Below, piece by piece: positions 43,490-55,655 of a stretch of 64,000 bases of DNA. Under the pieces are notes generated by a model. It saw nothing but the letters and a program-made list of their open reading frames with translations, was not told where the DNA came from and searched no databases. This DNA is from the human T2T-CHM13v2.0 reference genome, Homo sapiens. Both the position numbers and the translations under genes were made by a program. Where the stretch lies: the NCBI RefSeq assembly GCF_009914755.1, contig NC_060937.1, one strand, 5' to 3'. Each line of letters opens with the position of its first letter. Within the stretch, counting starts at the first letter, position 1.

Positions 43490-43690
43490 ACTTTAGAGTT
43501 TGATGAACCTGTATCCTTCTCCTGGTTTTATTTAAAATCAGATATTGGTCATAGTTATTTAAATATTCTAAACTTCAGATATTTATCTTAAAATGGAGCA
43601 AAAATACCAACCTCATGGGACTCTTGTGAGATTAAATGAGATGATACAAAGCATTTTCTTCCACAATGTCTGGCACATAACGGATACATC
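43490..43690 (+). mobile_element. MIR
   Basis: TAAAATGGAG...TACCAACCTCATGGG...TTGTGAGATTAAATGAGAT...TCTGGCACATA. Confidence 0.7.
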
Positions 43691-45524
43691 ATGACATCAT
43701 GCATGTAGGTTTCTGCTCCCACCCTTTCATTCCCCCATTGCCATTGCACTTCTATAATTCAGAGTTCCTTGGTGAGTTTGCTTACCTCATTCTTCAATCT
43801 GTTTATCACTCTCTCTTAGATGATGTCTCTTTAACAGTAACTAAAATGGACAGGGTAAATGGCACTTCCTCAGCAGTTCCCCATTTCTTCCTAGGAGTCA
43901 GTCACATCTAACACAAATTTACTCTCTGGTTGGAAAATTTAGTCAAAATCTAGACAGCTGGGAACCCTCAATTCCAGGGCTTATTTCTCATCCTAGACTT
44001 TGCAACTCAAAGTACAGTTGGCATAGTTTTATCTCCGTAACTAAAAGTTCAGCTATTGGCAACCTCTAGGAGGTAAAGGCTGGGTAGGGGTGAGCAGAAG
44101 TGTTCTAAAGAGGGCCTTAAAAACTCCAGGTATCCTTAAAATCCAAAGACAATGACTTTTTCTCTGTTCTAAACCCAGGGACTTAAGCCATGAAATGTTG
44201 AGGAACTGAGCCTAAAGAGGGCAAGAGCACCATCCCAAACCACAGCTATGGTGTTTCCCCCTAGCTTCCAGGCGACAGTGGCTCCACAACAGGAAGAACG
44301 TGTGCACACTGCAAAGGAAACAGAAGTTTTGCATGGCTGCAACAGATTTTACTGGAAGAAGTATCAACAGTGCAAGTTTAGCTCCCCTTTACATTGCATT
44401 CAACATCCCTTCAAATATTTATAGAGCACCTGCTATGTGCCTGATCTTGCCAGAAGTTATGGATGGTTCCACAGGTCCTTGGCCCATGAGAACCTGTACA
44501 ATATCAAAGTAAGTGACTAGTAAAATAGCAGGGACATGCCACAGGTGAAGATCATAGGGAGGGAAGTTACCTTCCTGCATGAGTCAGAGGTTTCTAGAGA
44601 AACAGGAAAGATACTATACAAAGCTGACCTCAAGTAAGTCAGGTCAAACAAAACACTTTTCCTCAGCATTGCTAATATCTCAGCATTGTGATAATACTGT
44701 AGACATAAGTATATTATATTTTGGCAAGGTATCTGACAGCTCATTCATGATCTTTTTGGATAAGATAGAGAAATGTGTGCTGGACAATAATATCAATTAG
44801 ATGGAGACATGGTTGATAAAAACAGACATTCAAAGATTATTGATGAATGAAACAATGCGTAACTGAAGAGAACGGGTTAGGAGAAAGATTCTGTTTTAGC
44901 TTTTTTCTATTGAATTTTTATCAGTAAATTAAATTAACATGTGGGAATTATGCTAATAAAATGTATAGTTACACAGAGCTTAGTGGGCTAACTAACCAAA
45001 CAAATATGGAATTAACTTTCAAAATTATCCACATAGGTTTCAGCAAGAAAGAGAAGCAAATAAGAGAGGATGTAGTAAGTATAAAGGTAAAGTTATGCAA
45101 TTGCTTATGACACAGTCGAGCAGTTTACATGAAAAGTGACCTGGGAGTCTGCATCTACTGCAAGTTTAAGAAGCCAATACAGTGGCATGACTGTAACATG
45201 CACAGGTACAAACACCAAATACAATCGCTTTTCAACATTGGAAAGGACCTTATAAATTATTTATGTCAAATCTTTCCTCTTACAGATCCAAGCTGAGGAT
45301 GTGATAGTAAAAACACAATAACTGACAGTAAAACTACACCTAGCATTCACATATCTTTAAGTCTAGGCATCACAAGCTTAAGAGTTATCTTAATAGGCAA
45401 GAGTATATTTGAAGGAGTATAAGCAAGCTTGTGAAGAATCCAAAAACAATGTAATAGCAAGATTTTTTAAATTTTAGCATAGAATAGCTTAGAAGAGAGT
45501 ATTACTGGAGGCAGTGTGGCAGCT

Positions 45525-45872
45525 TGTCTTAGTCTGTTCACGTTGCTCTAACAAAATACCATAAACTGGGTGGCTTATAAATAACAGGAATGTATGTCTA
45601 ACAGTTCTCATGGCTGAGAAGTCCAAAATCAAATCATCAGCAGATTAGGTGTCTAGAGAGGGTCTATTTCCTGGTGTGCAGATGGCTCCTTCTCTCTATG
45701 TCCTCACATAGTGGAAGAGGCAAACAAGCTCCCTCAGGCCTCTTTTATCAGGGCACTAATCCCATTCATGAGAACCTGATCACCTCCCAAGACCGCCTCT
45801 TAATACCATTATATGGGGGATTTGGTTTCAGCATGGGAATTTGAAGGGGACACAAACATTTAGACCATAGCA
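45525..45872 (-). mobile_element. MLT1A0-like MaLR LTR
   Basis: TGTCTTAGTCTGTT...AACAAAATACCATAAACTGGGTGGCTTATAAA...GGGGACACAAACATTTAGACCATAGCA. Confidence 0.88.
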
Positions 45873-46789
45873 CATGTTTAATGAGTCTGAAAAGTCCTTA
45901 GGACCCCCTGACCTAAAGGCTGAATTAGGGACATTGTCTTTGGGGGTGAGTAGACTGCTTCAATGTGTTCATTGTTGAACTACAGGGTTCTAGGTGGCCG
46001 GAGCATTGTCCAGTATTAAAAGAACTTTAAAAAGGCAGTCCCTTATTGATGAGGTACTTCCTGACTTCAGGGACAAAGTCACTGATGGAACCAATCCAGA
46101 AAAAGTGTTCTCATTGTCCAGCTCTTCTTCTTGTACAGCCAAAAGACTGGCAGCTGGTGTTTACCTTTTCCCTTCAAGGCTTGGGAGTTAGCAGCTGTAT
46201 AAAAAGGGCAGTCCTAATCATAAATCCAATTGCATTTGTGCAAAACAGTAGGGGTAACCTATCCCTTCCTTCCTTAAATCCTAGTGCTTGCTTATCTTCC
46301 TTACTAAGAAATGTCCTATGTGGATTCCCTGCCCCCTCCAGAATAGAGCACTTTTGTCTGCATTAAATACCTGTTCAGGTAGATATCCTTCTTTTCTCAA
46401 TGATTTTCTTAATGGTGTCTGGGAACTCGTCTGCTGCTTCTTGGTTGGCAGATACAGCTTCCCTTGTTATCTTCATATTTTTAAAACAAATCTCTTCCTA
46501 AAATTATCAAACCATCCTTTGCTGATATTAAGTTCTTCAGCTTTAGATCCTTCACCTTCCTTTATTAAGTTGTCATACCATGACTTTGCTTTTTCTTGAA
46601 TCACATTAGAGTTTATAGATATGCCTTTCTTATAACAATTCTGTATCTACATGAAAAGCTGCATTTTCAATTCAAGATAAAAAGGTATTTTGCAAAAAGT
46701 CCAAGATTTTCATGCCTGCTGGCATAGCTGCAGCAGTGGCTTCATGAGTCTCCTCTCCTCTCCTCTCCTTTCTTTCCTTTTTTTTTTTT

Positions 46790-47415
46790 TATCAATGGTC
46801 CTTATACCGGATTCATTTATCTTGAAATGAAACCACAGCTGCAGACCTCAATCTATAATACACACCAAGCAATTTAACTGTTTCTTGTAATGTCATGACT
46901 TTTTTCTGCTTCTTAGGAGCATTTCCAGCATCACTAGTGGCAGTTTGTATGGGTGTCATGTGTTATTCAAGGTTTATGCTATTGCATTAAAACATGTTAA
47001 AAAAAATACACAGGAAACATGAGAGATCACTTTTCATTGTGACACATAATTTACCAGAGTTATGACCTGCTCATGCAGAGATGAGTAGCATTACATGGCA
47101 TTTTAAGTGGATACTTTTGACACTTGAGCTCACTACAATAGCAACAGGAGGTGGCTATGAAATTATAGTAGTATAGTATGTGCTACAGTTAATTTTGTGC
47201 AGTTATAATTTAATACTGCATGTTTGTTTATAATTCTCTCAACTGCAGTGGTGCCATGTTTGGTCAGTAAGTATATACATAAATTTTGATGCAATTTACC
47301 TTTTTATAATAGCTTTGTGTAAATTTTATGGTAGCAAATCATCTAATAGGCTTGTATTGACATACATTTTATGCATTCATGACACAAGAAAATTTTTTTT
47401 ATATTTCTAGGCCAC
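46790..47415. mobile_element. TcMar-Tigger element (MER6-like), truncated
   Basis: CACTTGAGCTCACTACAATAGCAACAGGAGGTGGCTATGAAATTAT...CTACAGTTAATTTT. Confidence 0.65.
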
Positions 47416-47431
47416 ATGAATGAAATGAGAG

Positions 47432-48921
47432 AACTCATTTCAGCATTAACTCAAATGTTCATAGTTCAAAGTCTCATGTGAGACAAGGCAAGTTCCTTCC
47501 CCCCCAGGAGCCTGTAAAATCAAAAGCAAGTTAGTTGCTTGTTAGCTACAATAGGGATGCAGGCATTGAGTAAATACAGCCATTCCAAATGGGAGAAATT
47601 GGCCAAAACAAAGGGGCTACAGGGCCCATTCAAGTCTGAAATCTAGCAGGGCAGTCAAATCTTAAAGCTCCAAAAGGATCTCCTTTGACACCATGTCTCA
47701 CATCCAGGTCACACTGATGCAAGAAGTAGGTTCCCATAGTCTTGGTCAGCTTCACCCCTGTGGCTTTGCAGGGTACAGCCTCCCTCCTGGCTGCTTTCAC
47801 AGCCTGGTGTTGAGTGTCTATGGCTTTTCCAGGCACATAATGCAAGCTGTCAGTGGACCTACCATTCTGGGGTCTGGAGGATGGTGGCCCTTTTCTCACA
47901 GCTCCACTAGGTGGTGCCCCAGTAGAGACTCTGTATGGGGGCTCCTACCCCACATTTTCCTTCTGCACTGCCCTAGCAGAGATTTTACATGAGGACCCCC
48001 TCCATAGCAAACTTCTGCCTGGACATCCAAGCATTTCCATACATCTGAAATCTAGGCACAAGTTCCCAAACCCCAATTCTTGGCTTCTGTGCACTCGCAG
48101 AATCAACACCACATGGAAGCTACCAAAGCTTGAGGCTTGCACCCTCTAAGCTCTGTGTTGTGAGCTCTGTGTTGGCCCTTTTCACCCATAGCTGCAGTGG
48201 CTGGGATGCAGGGCACCAAGTCTCTAGGCTGCACACAGCATGAGGACCCTGGGCCTGGCCCAAAAAAACACTTTTTCCCTCTAGGCTTCCAGGCCTGTGA
48301 TGGGAGGGGCTGCTGTGAAGACTTCTGACATGCCCTGGAGACATTTTCCCCATTGTCTTGGGGATTAAAATTAAGCTCCTCATTACTTATGCAAATTTCT
48401 GCAGCTGACTTGAATGTCTCCTCAGAAAATAGGATTGTCTTTTCTATCACATTGTCAGGATGCAAATTTTCCAAACTTTTATGCTCTGCTTCCCTTATAA
48501 AAATAAATGCTTTTAACAGCACCCAAGTCATCTCTTAAATGCTTTGCTGCTTAGAAATTTCTTCTGCCAGATACCCTAAATCATCTCTCTCAAGTTCAAA
48601 GTTCCACAAATCTCTAGGGCAGGGGCAAAATGCTGCCCGTCTCTTTGCTAAAACATAGCAAGAGTCATCTTTGCTCCAGTTCCCAAAAAGTTCCCCATTT
48701 CATCTGAGACCACCTCAGCCTGGAACTTATTGTACATATTACTATCAGCATTTTTGTCAAAGCCATTCAACAAGTTTCTAGGAAGTTCCAAACTTTCCCA
48801 CATTTTCCTGTCTTCTGAGCTCTCCAAACTGTTCCAACTTTTGCGTATTACCCAGTTCTAAAGTCACTTCCACATTCTCAAGTATCTTTTCGGTAACACC
48901 CTACTCCTGGTAGCAAATTAC
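47432..48921 (-). mobile_element. THE1 internal region (MaLR)
   Basis: AACTCATTTCAGCATTAAC...CCATTCCAAATGGGAGAAATTGGCCAAAACAAAGGGGCTACAGG...CCACAAATCTCTAGGGCAGGGGCAAAATGC; decayed MaLR ORF pieces 47630-47899 and 48103-48531. Confidence 0.92.
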
Positions 48922-49284
48922 TATATTAGTCCATTTTCCTGCTGCTGATAAAGACATACATGAGACTGGGCAATTTACAAAAGAAAGAGTTTTACTGGAT
49001 TTACGGTTCCACGTGGCTGGGGAGGCCTCACAATCATGGCAGAAGGCAAGGAGGAGCAAGTCACATCTTACATGGATGGCAGCAGGTAAAGAGAGAGCTT
49101 GTGCAGAGAAACTCCTGTTTTTAAAACCATCAGATCTCATGAGACCCATTTACCATCACAAGAACAGCATGGGAAAGATCCACCCCCATGATTCAATCAT
49201 CTCCCACTGGGTCCCTCCCACAATATGTGGGAATGGGAGCTACAAAATGAGATTTGGGTGGGGACACAGAGCCAAAACATATCA
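48922..49284 (-). mobile_element. THE1B/C LTR (5' LTR of the element)
   Basis: TATATTAGTCCATTTTC...GCTGCTGATAAAGACATAC...GAGATTTGGGTGGGGACACAGAGCCAAAACATATCA. Confidence 0.92.
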
Positions 49285-49899
49285 GACAAGAACTGGGTTG
49301 ACTTCACTGCTGTAGATCTAAGCTACAGACAGGCAACACAGAAGGGACTTATGATTTGGGCTGAGAAATTGCATTAGATGATTTCTACTTCTTTCTAACG
49401 TAAGAGAACAATTTTCCTCACCAACTGCTTATGCAAAAATAGGCATTTTTTTCTAATCTTCCCTCCCAATTTCAGGGATCAAACTTGATTTAACAGCTAT
49501 CATGTTAGAGAACTTATAATCATAACCAATAGCTAGTATGTCCTGTATCTTCCCTATGTCTCAGGACCTGTGCCAAACAGTAGATCAATCATGTCTGAGA
49601 TCCTTGAATACCCAGTGATGAGCAGATTTTTTTTAATACATAATTTTTTCCTGCTGTTAAATCTTTGACTAAATATAAAGGCAATGTTCATTTATTTCAA
49701 TAAATTCAACCATACAAGTATAACCAGTGTACATTTACTAATATATCTACTTTTATAAGTATGTTACAGTGCAAGTAAAAATGTGTTAAATAATATAGCA
49801 CCATTCCACATAGTTTAAAGCATTTTATTGCACATACTGATTTTTTAATTATATTGGTTTCTCGCCTATTCATTCTACCAAAACCTTGTATCATTTAGT

Positions 49900-50187
49900 T
49901 CTTATGATGGATAAAAACTGAAGTGGTCATTATGCATTTGGCAAAACCCATAGAACTGTACAATGCAGAGTCATTTCTAATACAAAATGTGGACTTTAGT
50001 TAATTACAATGGATTCATATTGGTTAATCAATCATAACAAATGTACCATACCAATGCAAGATACTAATAATAAAGGAAACTGCGGGGAAGAGGAGAAGAG
50101 TATATAGGATTGCTATACTTTTTGTTCAGTTTTTCTGTAAAACTAAAACTGCCCTAAGAAACAAAGTCTATAAACCTAAAAAAAATA
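49900..50187 (+). mobile_element. L1MC-like 3' end
   Basis: CATTTGGCAAAACCCATAGAACTGTACAA...AACAAATGTACCATAC...TTTTCTGTAAAACTAAAACTG. Confidence 0.8.
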
Positions 50188-53100
50188 ATGCAAACAGATT
50201 TTCATAAGCCCTCTAATTATTTACCCTTGGGCCATTCTCCAAAGGAGTCTATCATCCTGCTTTCAAAATTGTTTACAAATATCCCATCTACAGATATATA
50301 GAGATACTACAGATAGAAAGAAAAAGCTTTTGTTCATCTCAGGAACTGTCTAATTGTGACATTGACATAGTCTACAATTTTAACTTTACCCTACCAAATT
50401 TAATATAAGACAAGATGCCACAGCACACTGGGATAGTTGTTCTATGGTTAGGAACTTTATACGTGTTTAAATTATCTGATCCCTTTTACATCATCCTTCT
50501 GATCCTTCTTGCTAGAAGTGATACTGTCCTATCCTCAACTGCTCTACATATTCAAGGATGCTCTTTTGGTCAATGGAAGTAGCCATCTCCATTTCTTGAG
50601 CGCCTTCCACATGTAATGCAATATGTTAGGTGCTGGGATACAGATATGTCTAAGGCAGACAGAGTTCCTATCTTCAGCAGAGGATGCAGATATTAACCAA
50701 ATTTTACAATTGAAGAAACAAGCCTGGGTTTATCACATTCATAATCCACTTAACAAATATTCATTGAATGAACTTGACTGATTAAGAAAATAACTGAGGC
50801 TTAGTTAAGTTTTTCTTTTATACCACATAGGAAGACTGCCAAGGAGAAACTAGTACCATAGACAAAGTAATGAATGCATATTCAACCTGCTTTAACTGAA
50901 TATCTTTAAATAATTTGTATAATGATTTATTTGATGTTGTAAGTTTCAAATAACTCCTAACCACCTTTAAATTTAAGAATAATATTTTCCCTATAGTTAG
51001 ACAGCATTTCAGCTGACCAAATCATTATTCCTGGCTGCTTCATCAGAGCACTGAAGGCCAAATATATATTAACATATGTTAGATACTTAAATGGTTCTCA
51101 TCAAACCTCCAGATGTTCAATCAAGAGAAGAAAAGTGCATGAACTCTCTGATTGTCCTATCAGCAGGGTATAGGAATAAAAATGCATCCCATACAGGAAG
51201 ACCAAAAGGCACATGTTTTTTTCTCCAGCTGTTTTCAGCTACTCAGGTGAAGCTAAAAGTTAGATTTACCCAGGTAGGGAGTTGAAGGGGTAGACAAGGG
51301 AATTATTAAAATGATGGAATGAATCCAAGCTGTGGAAGGAGGAAAATGAGGAGATACGTGAGTGGGGCTTTCTCAAAATAGCACTTAAAGACATCAGATT
51401 ACTCTTCAATATTATTTTCTCCTCAAAGGAGGGGTCCAGGAAGCCAATAGAGAATATAATGGGGTTTCTAACCAAGAGGGGATAATGGGAGGATTGTTTC
51501 CCACCTCCAGCCTTAGCTGTCTCTGTCTCACTACCACTTTAACCTCCTTTATTAACAACACACGTCTGAATCCTGTAGCTTAGAGTCCACTGTGAGAACA
51601 GAGCCTTTTCAGCTTCTCCTGGATTGATCAATACACCTTTCACTTAAATTCTCTTTTGACCTTCAAAGGTAACCTTTATTGGTGACTTGTACTCTTGCTT
51701 GTGTTAAGGATGTCAAATTGCTAGATTTAATCATTATGTCATTTCTATCTATTTCTGTCTGGCTGAAGACTAATTTCCTAATTCCAAAGTTGAGAAGCAG
51801 GTTCTTGTTTCTATCATCAGAATGGGTCCTTAAGTTGGAAACTAGACTCGACAGATACGAGTAAAACAAAAACTAAGTGTTGGTTTTATTCCCACATTTC
51901 CCCTGACCCAATTAGAATGAAAGGGAATAGATCTCACCAGTCACAGTTATGGCATGTGCTGATGGTCAAGAGGAAAGCGGGCAACACCTGGCAACCCACC
52001 TGTCCCGGAAGTCCTGCCCAACACTGTCACATCAAAAGGACAAAACTTAGTCTTGTGGCCACATCCAGCTGCAATAGCATAACGAAGGTCAGCAGAGGGG
52101 AGCATTTTACCTGGAGGGCTAACAGGCAATGGATAGCAAAGTCATCAGTAGGTTTAGCAACACATCTATTCAGACGGTGAAACATTTTTGTCTACTTAGC
52201 TTCAAGGTGCATTAAAATCATCCAGAGATCCTTATATTCATATCTATCATCACCCCTAAATGAAAGACAAACCCATGAGCTACCACTGTGTCAAGTTTCT
52301 GTATATACGTACGACCAGCTCTCTTCCTCACCAGCTCCCCCTTTACTCTAAACTTCAAGCTTCCACAAAATAGATACCATTTCATTTCCTTTCTGCATCT
52401 GAAATACATGAGCTTACTCAAGAAAAGTTTGATCAATGAATAAATGGATGAATATCAGTGACTGAATAATCAAACTGGATGGCTGAATTGAAGGGAAGAA
52501 AGGAATGAATAATGTGTTCTAAGCATCAATTTGGTCTGCTGGCTGCTTTTGATTTTTAAATCAGTTTATTTAACTTTTAGTTGTTTCTTGTCTCATATGT
52601 TTTATCCATTGGGAAAATAAAAGTTAGTTAAAAGTCTCAATGATTTAGAATTGGTGCGTGAAAGTCAGATGCCTTAGGAAAATGTATAAATCTCCTCTCC
52701 AAAGGGCCCAGTGGATGTACATATGAAAGTAGTTTGTCTCTTTATCTTCAAAAATTTTTTACTATGTGTTCACAAGCAGAGGATAGAGAAATGCTTCCAG
52801 GCAAGTTAAACAAACAGGGATCTTTATCGCTCAGCTGCCTACCATCTATCTTAAACATTTAGCATGGGACTATAAAAAGATCCCATACCTTGCCTCTTTC
52901 ATAGATGTACACTGTATCAATAATACCATTGGGTGATTAGTAACAATAACTAATAATTTAGAATTTTAGATTTGTTATCTCACATGTAAAATTACATGTG
53001 AGATGCATGTAATTTACATGTACAATATGCTACCTTTTCAGGGAAAATCATGGGCATATCAATAATTTTTTAATGAGATTATGACCCTTCCTTAGGTAAT

Positions 53101-55062
53101 AGAAACTGGGTTAATAGCAAATGGGGTATTGATAATCTCTATTAATAATAGCAACTGGGGTATTGATAATCTTTAGTTTTCTGACATGCGGCACGGGGTA
53201 ATACTATAGAAAGCAGACATAAATTTCACTTCCTAAGTGTTAAGTGCTTAGCCAACCACTCTAAAAATACTCTATTATAATAATGAGTAAATACAGGAAA
53301 TAAAATCATATTTTATGTTTAAATGGGAGCCAGGAGATAAGGAACTAGGTTGACTTTGCATCCACTTTGCATTTGAGACTACAGATTCAACATGTGATGG
53401 AGGAAGAGTAGCACCTAGTGGTGAAACGCAGCAGCTACACCCACCAGGGAGCTGACTGGAAGTCTTCCAAGTACTTCATCCTCATTTGTTGAAACGTCAT
53501 TTGTGGCATTTTAAATGCTGCATCTTTGATTCCTGAGATAGGTGTTTTAGTGTGTCTATTAAAGATTTGGAGTCAGCTTTATGTGCTTGAATATTTCCAA
53601 AGAAAAATGTATACATGATCAATATATCCAGGAATTTGTGAAAAGATCCTAAACTTTTCAAACATGTCACAGGTAGTACTTGAAGTATGCTTGGTAAAAT
53701 GTACCGGTTAAAGCAGTATGTTTCTCAGATAGCCTGAGATTTTATTTAACAATTATGTATCTAAGTCTACTAATACATTTGAGCAAAAGAGTGTTGGGTT
53801 CATAAATAAGAAGTCAGTATTTCACTTAGATTATTTCAGAAACTTGTAAGTACCTGTAAATAGCTACTCTGAAATTCCCTTTTCTTCAAGTGAGAGATGC
53901 CGTAAGTATAACACAGTGTTTTATAAACTTGGACCTGCAGTAAATAAATAAGCACTAAAAACTTTTATAGTGGAAACTAGTTTCAATTATATAGCTAATA
54001 GTTTAGTTGATGTTGATAGTGGTAAGAAGGAACAAATTTTTTAAAAACTATGAATAACCTTTAGTGTATATTTCAACTCCTAAATTAAATGTCAATTCAA
54101 CTAAAATGTTACTCTCTTAGTGGGGGTGTAAATGAGTGTATCGTCTGTCCTTGAGACTTTGATGTAAAAAGACAGAGTTGTGAAATTCAAATTGCACCAA
54201 TAATCATTTTGTTTTTATTTCCCATGCTCCTTTATCTATTAGCAGACATCCCACATGCACACACACCTAGGCCAGGCCCAGGCCAATCACTGTATCCCAC
54301 CCCTTGGCTCTTGGGATTATTCCAAGGTTGCTCAACCAAAGTGCAGCTTCCAGCAATGCTATCTTTACCAGAACTGGCAGGGAAGTCCCTTCTTTCCCCT
54401 TTGGTGGGCGGCGGTTAGGGGTGATGCTCATTCTCTGCAGCAATAAGTGTGTAATAACAAGGTCCCTAACCTTCTGGTTCCTGTTGCTCTTCCCCAGTGT
54501 TCTCCCCATAAGCCTCCTTAAGATAAAATCTACTTTGAGATATGTTTTTGCAGCCTAAAGAGGACTGACTCATGTTGCATTTTTAAAATAAGGCATAGTT
54601 CTGATCATGCTATAATATCACCCTGGTCAGAAAATCCTCATTGCTCTCCATTGCTTAAAAAATAATCCCCAAACTCTTTTTGGATGTGTTGTTTGGCTCT
54701 AAACTCCTTTTCCAGCCTAATTTCACTCAACCTAGTGAAACTGAATTATTCTTTATTTCTTCAAAACACCCAGTACTTTCCCTTATTCATTCTGCCCTAT
54801 AAAAATTATTTTCTGCCTCCAGCCATGCCAGTTTCCACCTTCTGAAACTATAGGTACTTTTCAAGATCAACTACAAATAATTCATCTTCCATAAATCCTT
54901 CTTCATTATGCCATGAATCAGTTAAGGTTGGGTTCAACTGACTATAAATGAAAACTGAAAATCACAATGGCTTAAAGAAGTGAGAAATTTAATTCTTGCC
55001 TATATAAAAGAAGCTTGGGGGCAGGCATTCCTGGACTGTCATGGCAACAACATGAATACGGA

Positions 55063-55655
55063 TGTATTAGTTTTCTATGCTGCATAACAACTTAGTACAA
55101 ACCTAACAGCTTAAAAAACAGTTTTTTATCTCACAGTTTCCATAGGTCAAGATTCTGCATATGGCTTAGTTAGGTGGTCTCACAAGGCTAAAATCAAGGT
55201 GTTTAATGGACTGCATTCTCATCTAGAAACTAGGGAAGAATCTGCTTCCAGGATCTCTCAGGCTGTTGGCAGAATTTATTTCCTTGCAGCTGTAAAATTC
55301 GTGTGGTCTTGTTTCTTCAAAGGTAGCAACAGAGAAAAGGAGTCTCTGCTGCTTACAGCCTCTGATTTCAGAGAAGGTGTCAGTGCTCTTTTAAATGGCT
55401 CACCTGATTAGCTCAGGCTTACCCAGGATAATTTCTCTTTTGAGGAACTCAAAGTCAACTGCTTAGGAACTTTAATTACAGCTGCAAAATTCCTTCACCT
55501 TTGCAAATAATGTAACCTAATCATGGGACTGGTTTCACATCTCCTTTGCCATATTCTATCAACTAGAAGTAAGTCATAGTTTTCATCCCAACTCAACAAA
55601 AGGGGATTATACAAGATTGTGATTCAGTAGGGGGTCACCTTCATGTGCGTCCACA
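55063..55655 (-). mobile_element. MLT1D/E-like LTR nested in an older MLT1 (~54915-55890)
   Basis: TGTATTAGTTTTCTATGCTGCATAACAA...GCTGTTGGCAGAATTTATTTCCTTGCAGCTGTA...TTTAATTACAGCTGCAAAAT. Confidence 0.75.

Noticed and set aside
47630-49315. Cluster of 60-142-aa ORFs
   Set aside because: All lie within THE1 internal or LTR sequence; decayed MaLR remnants.
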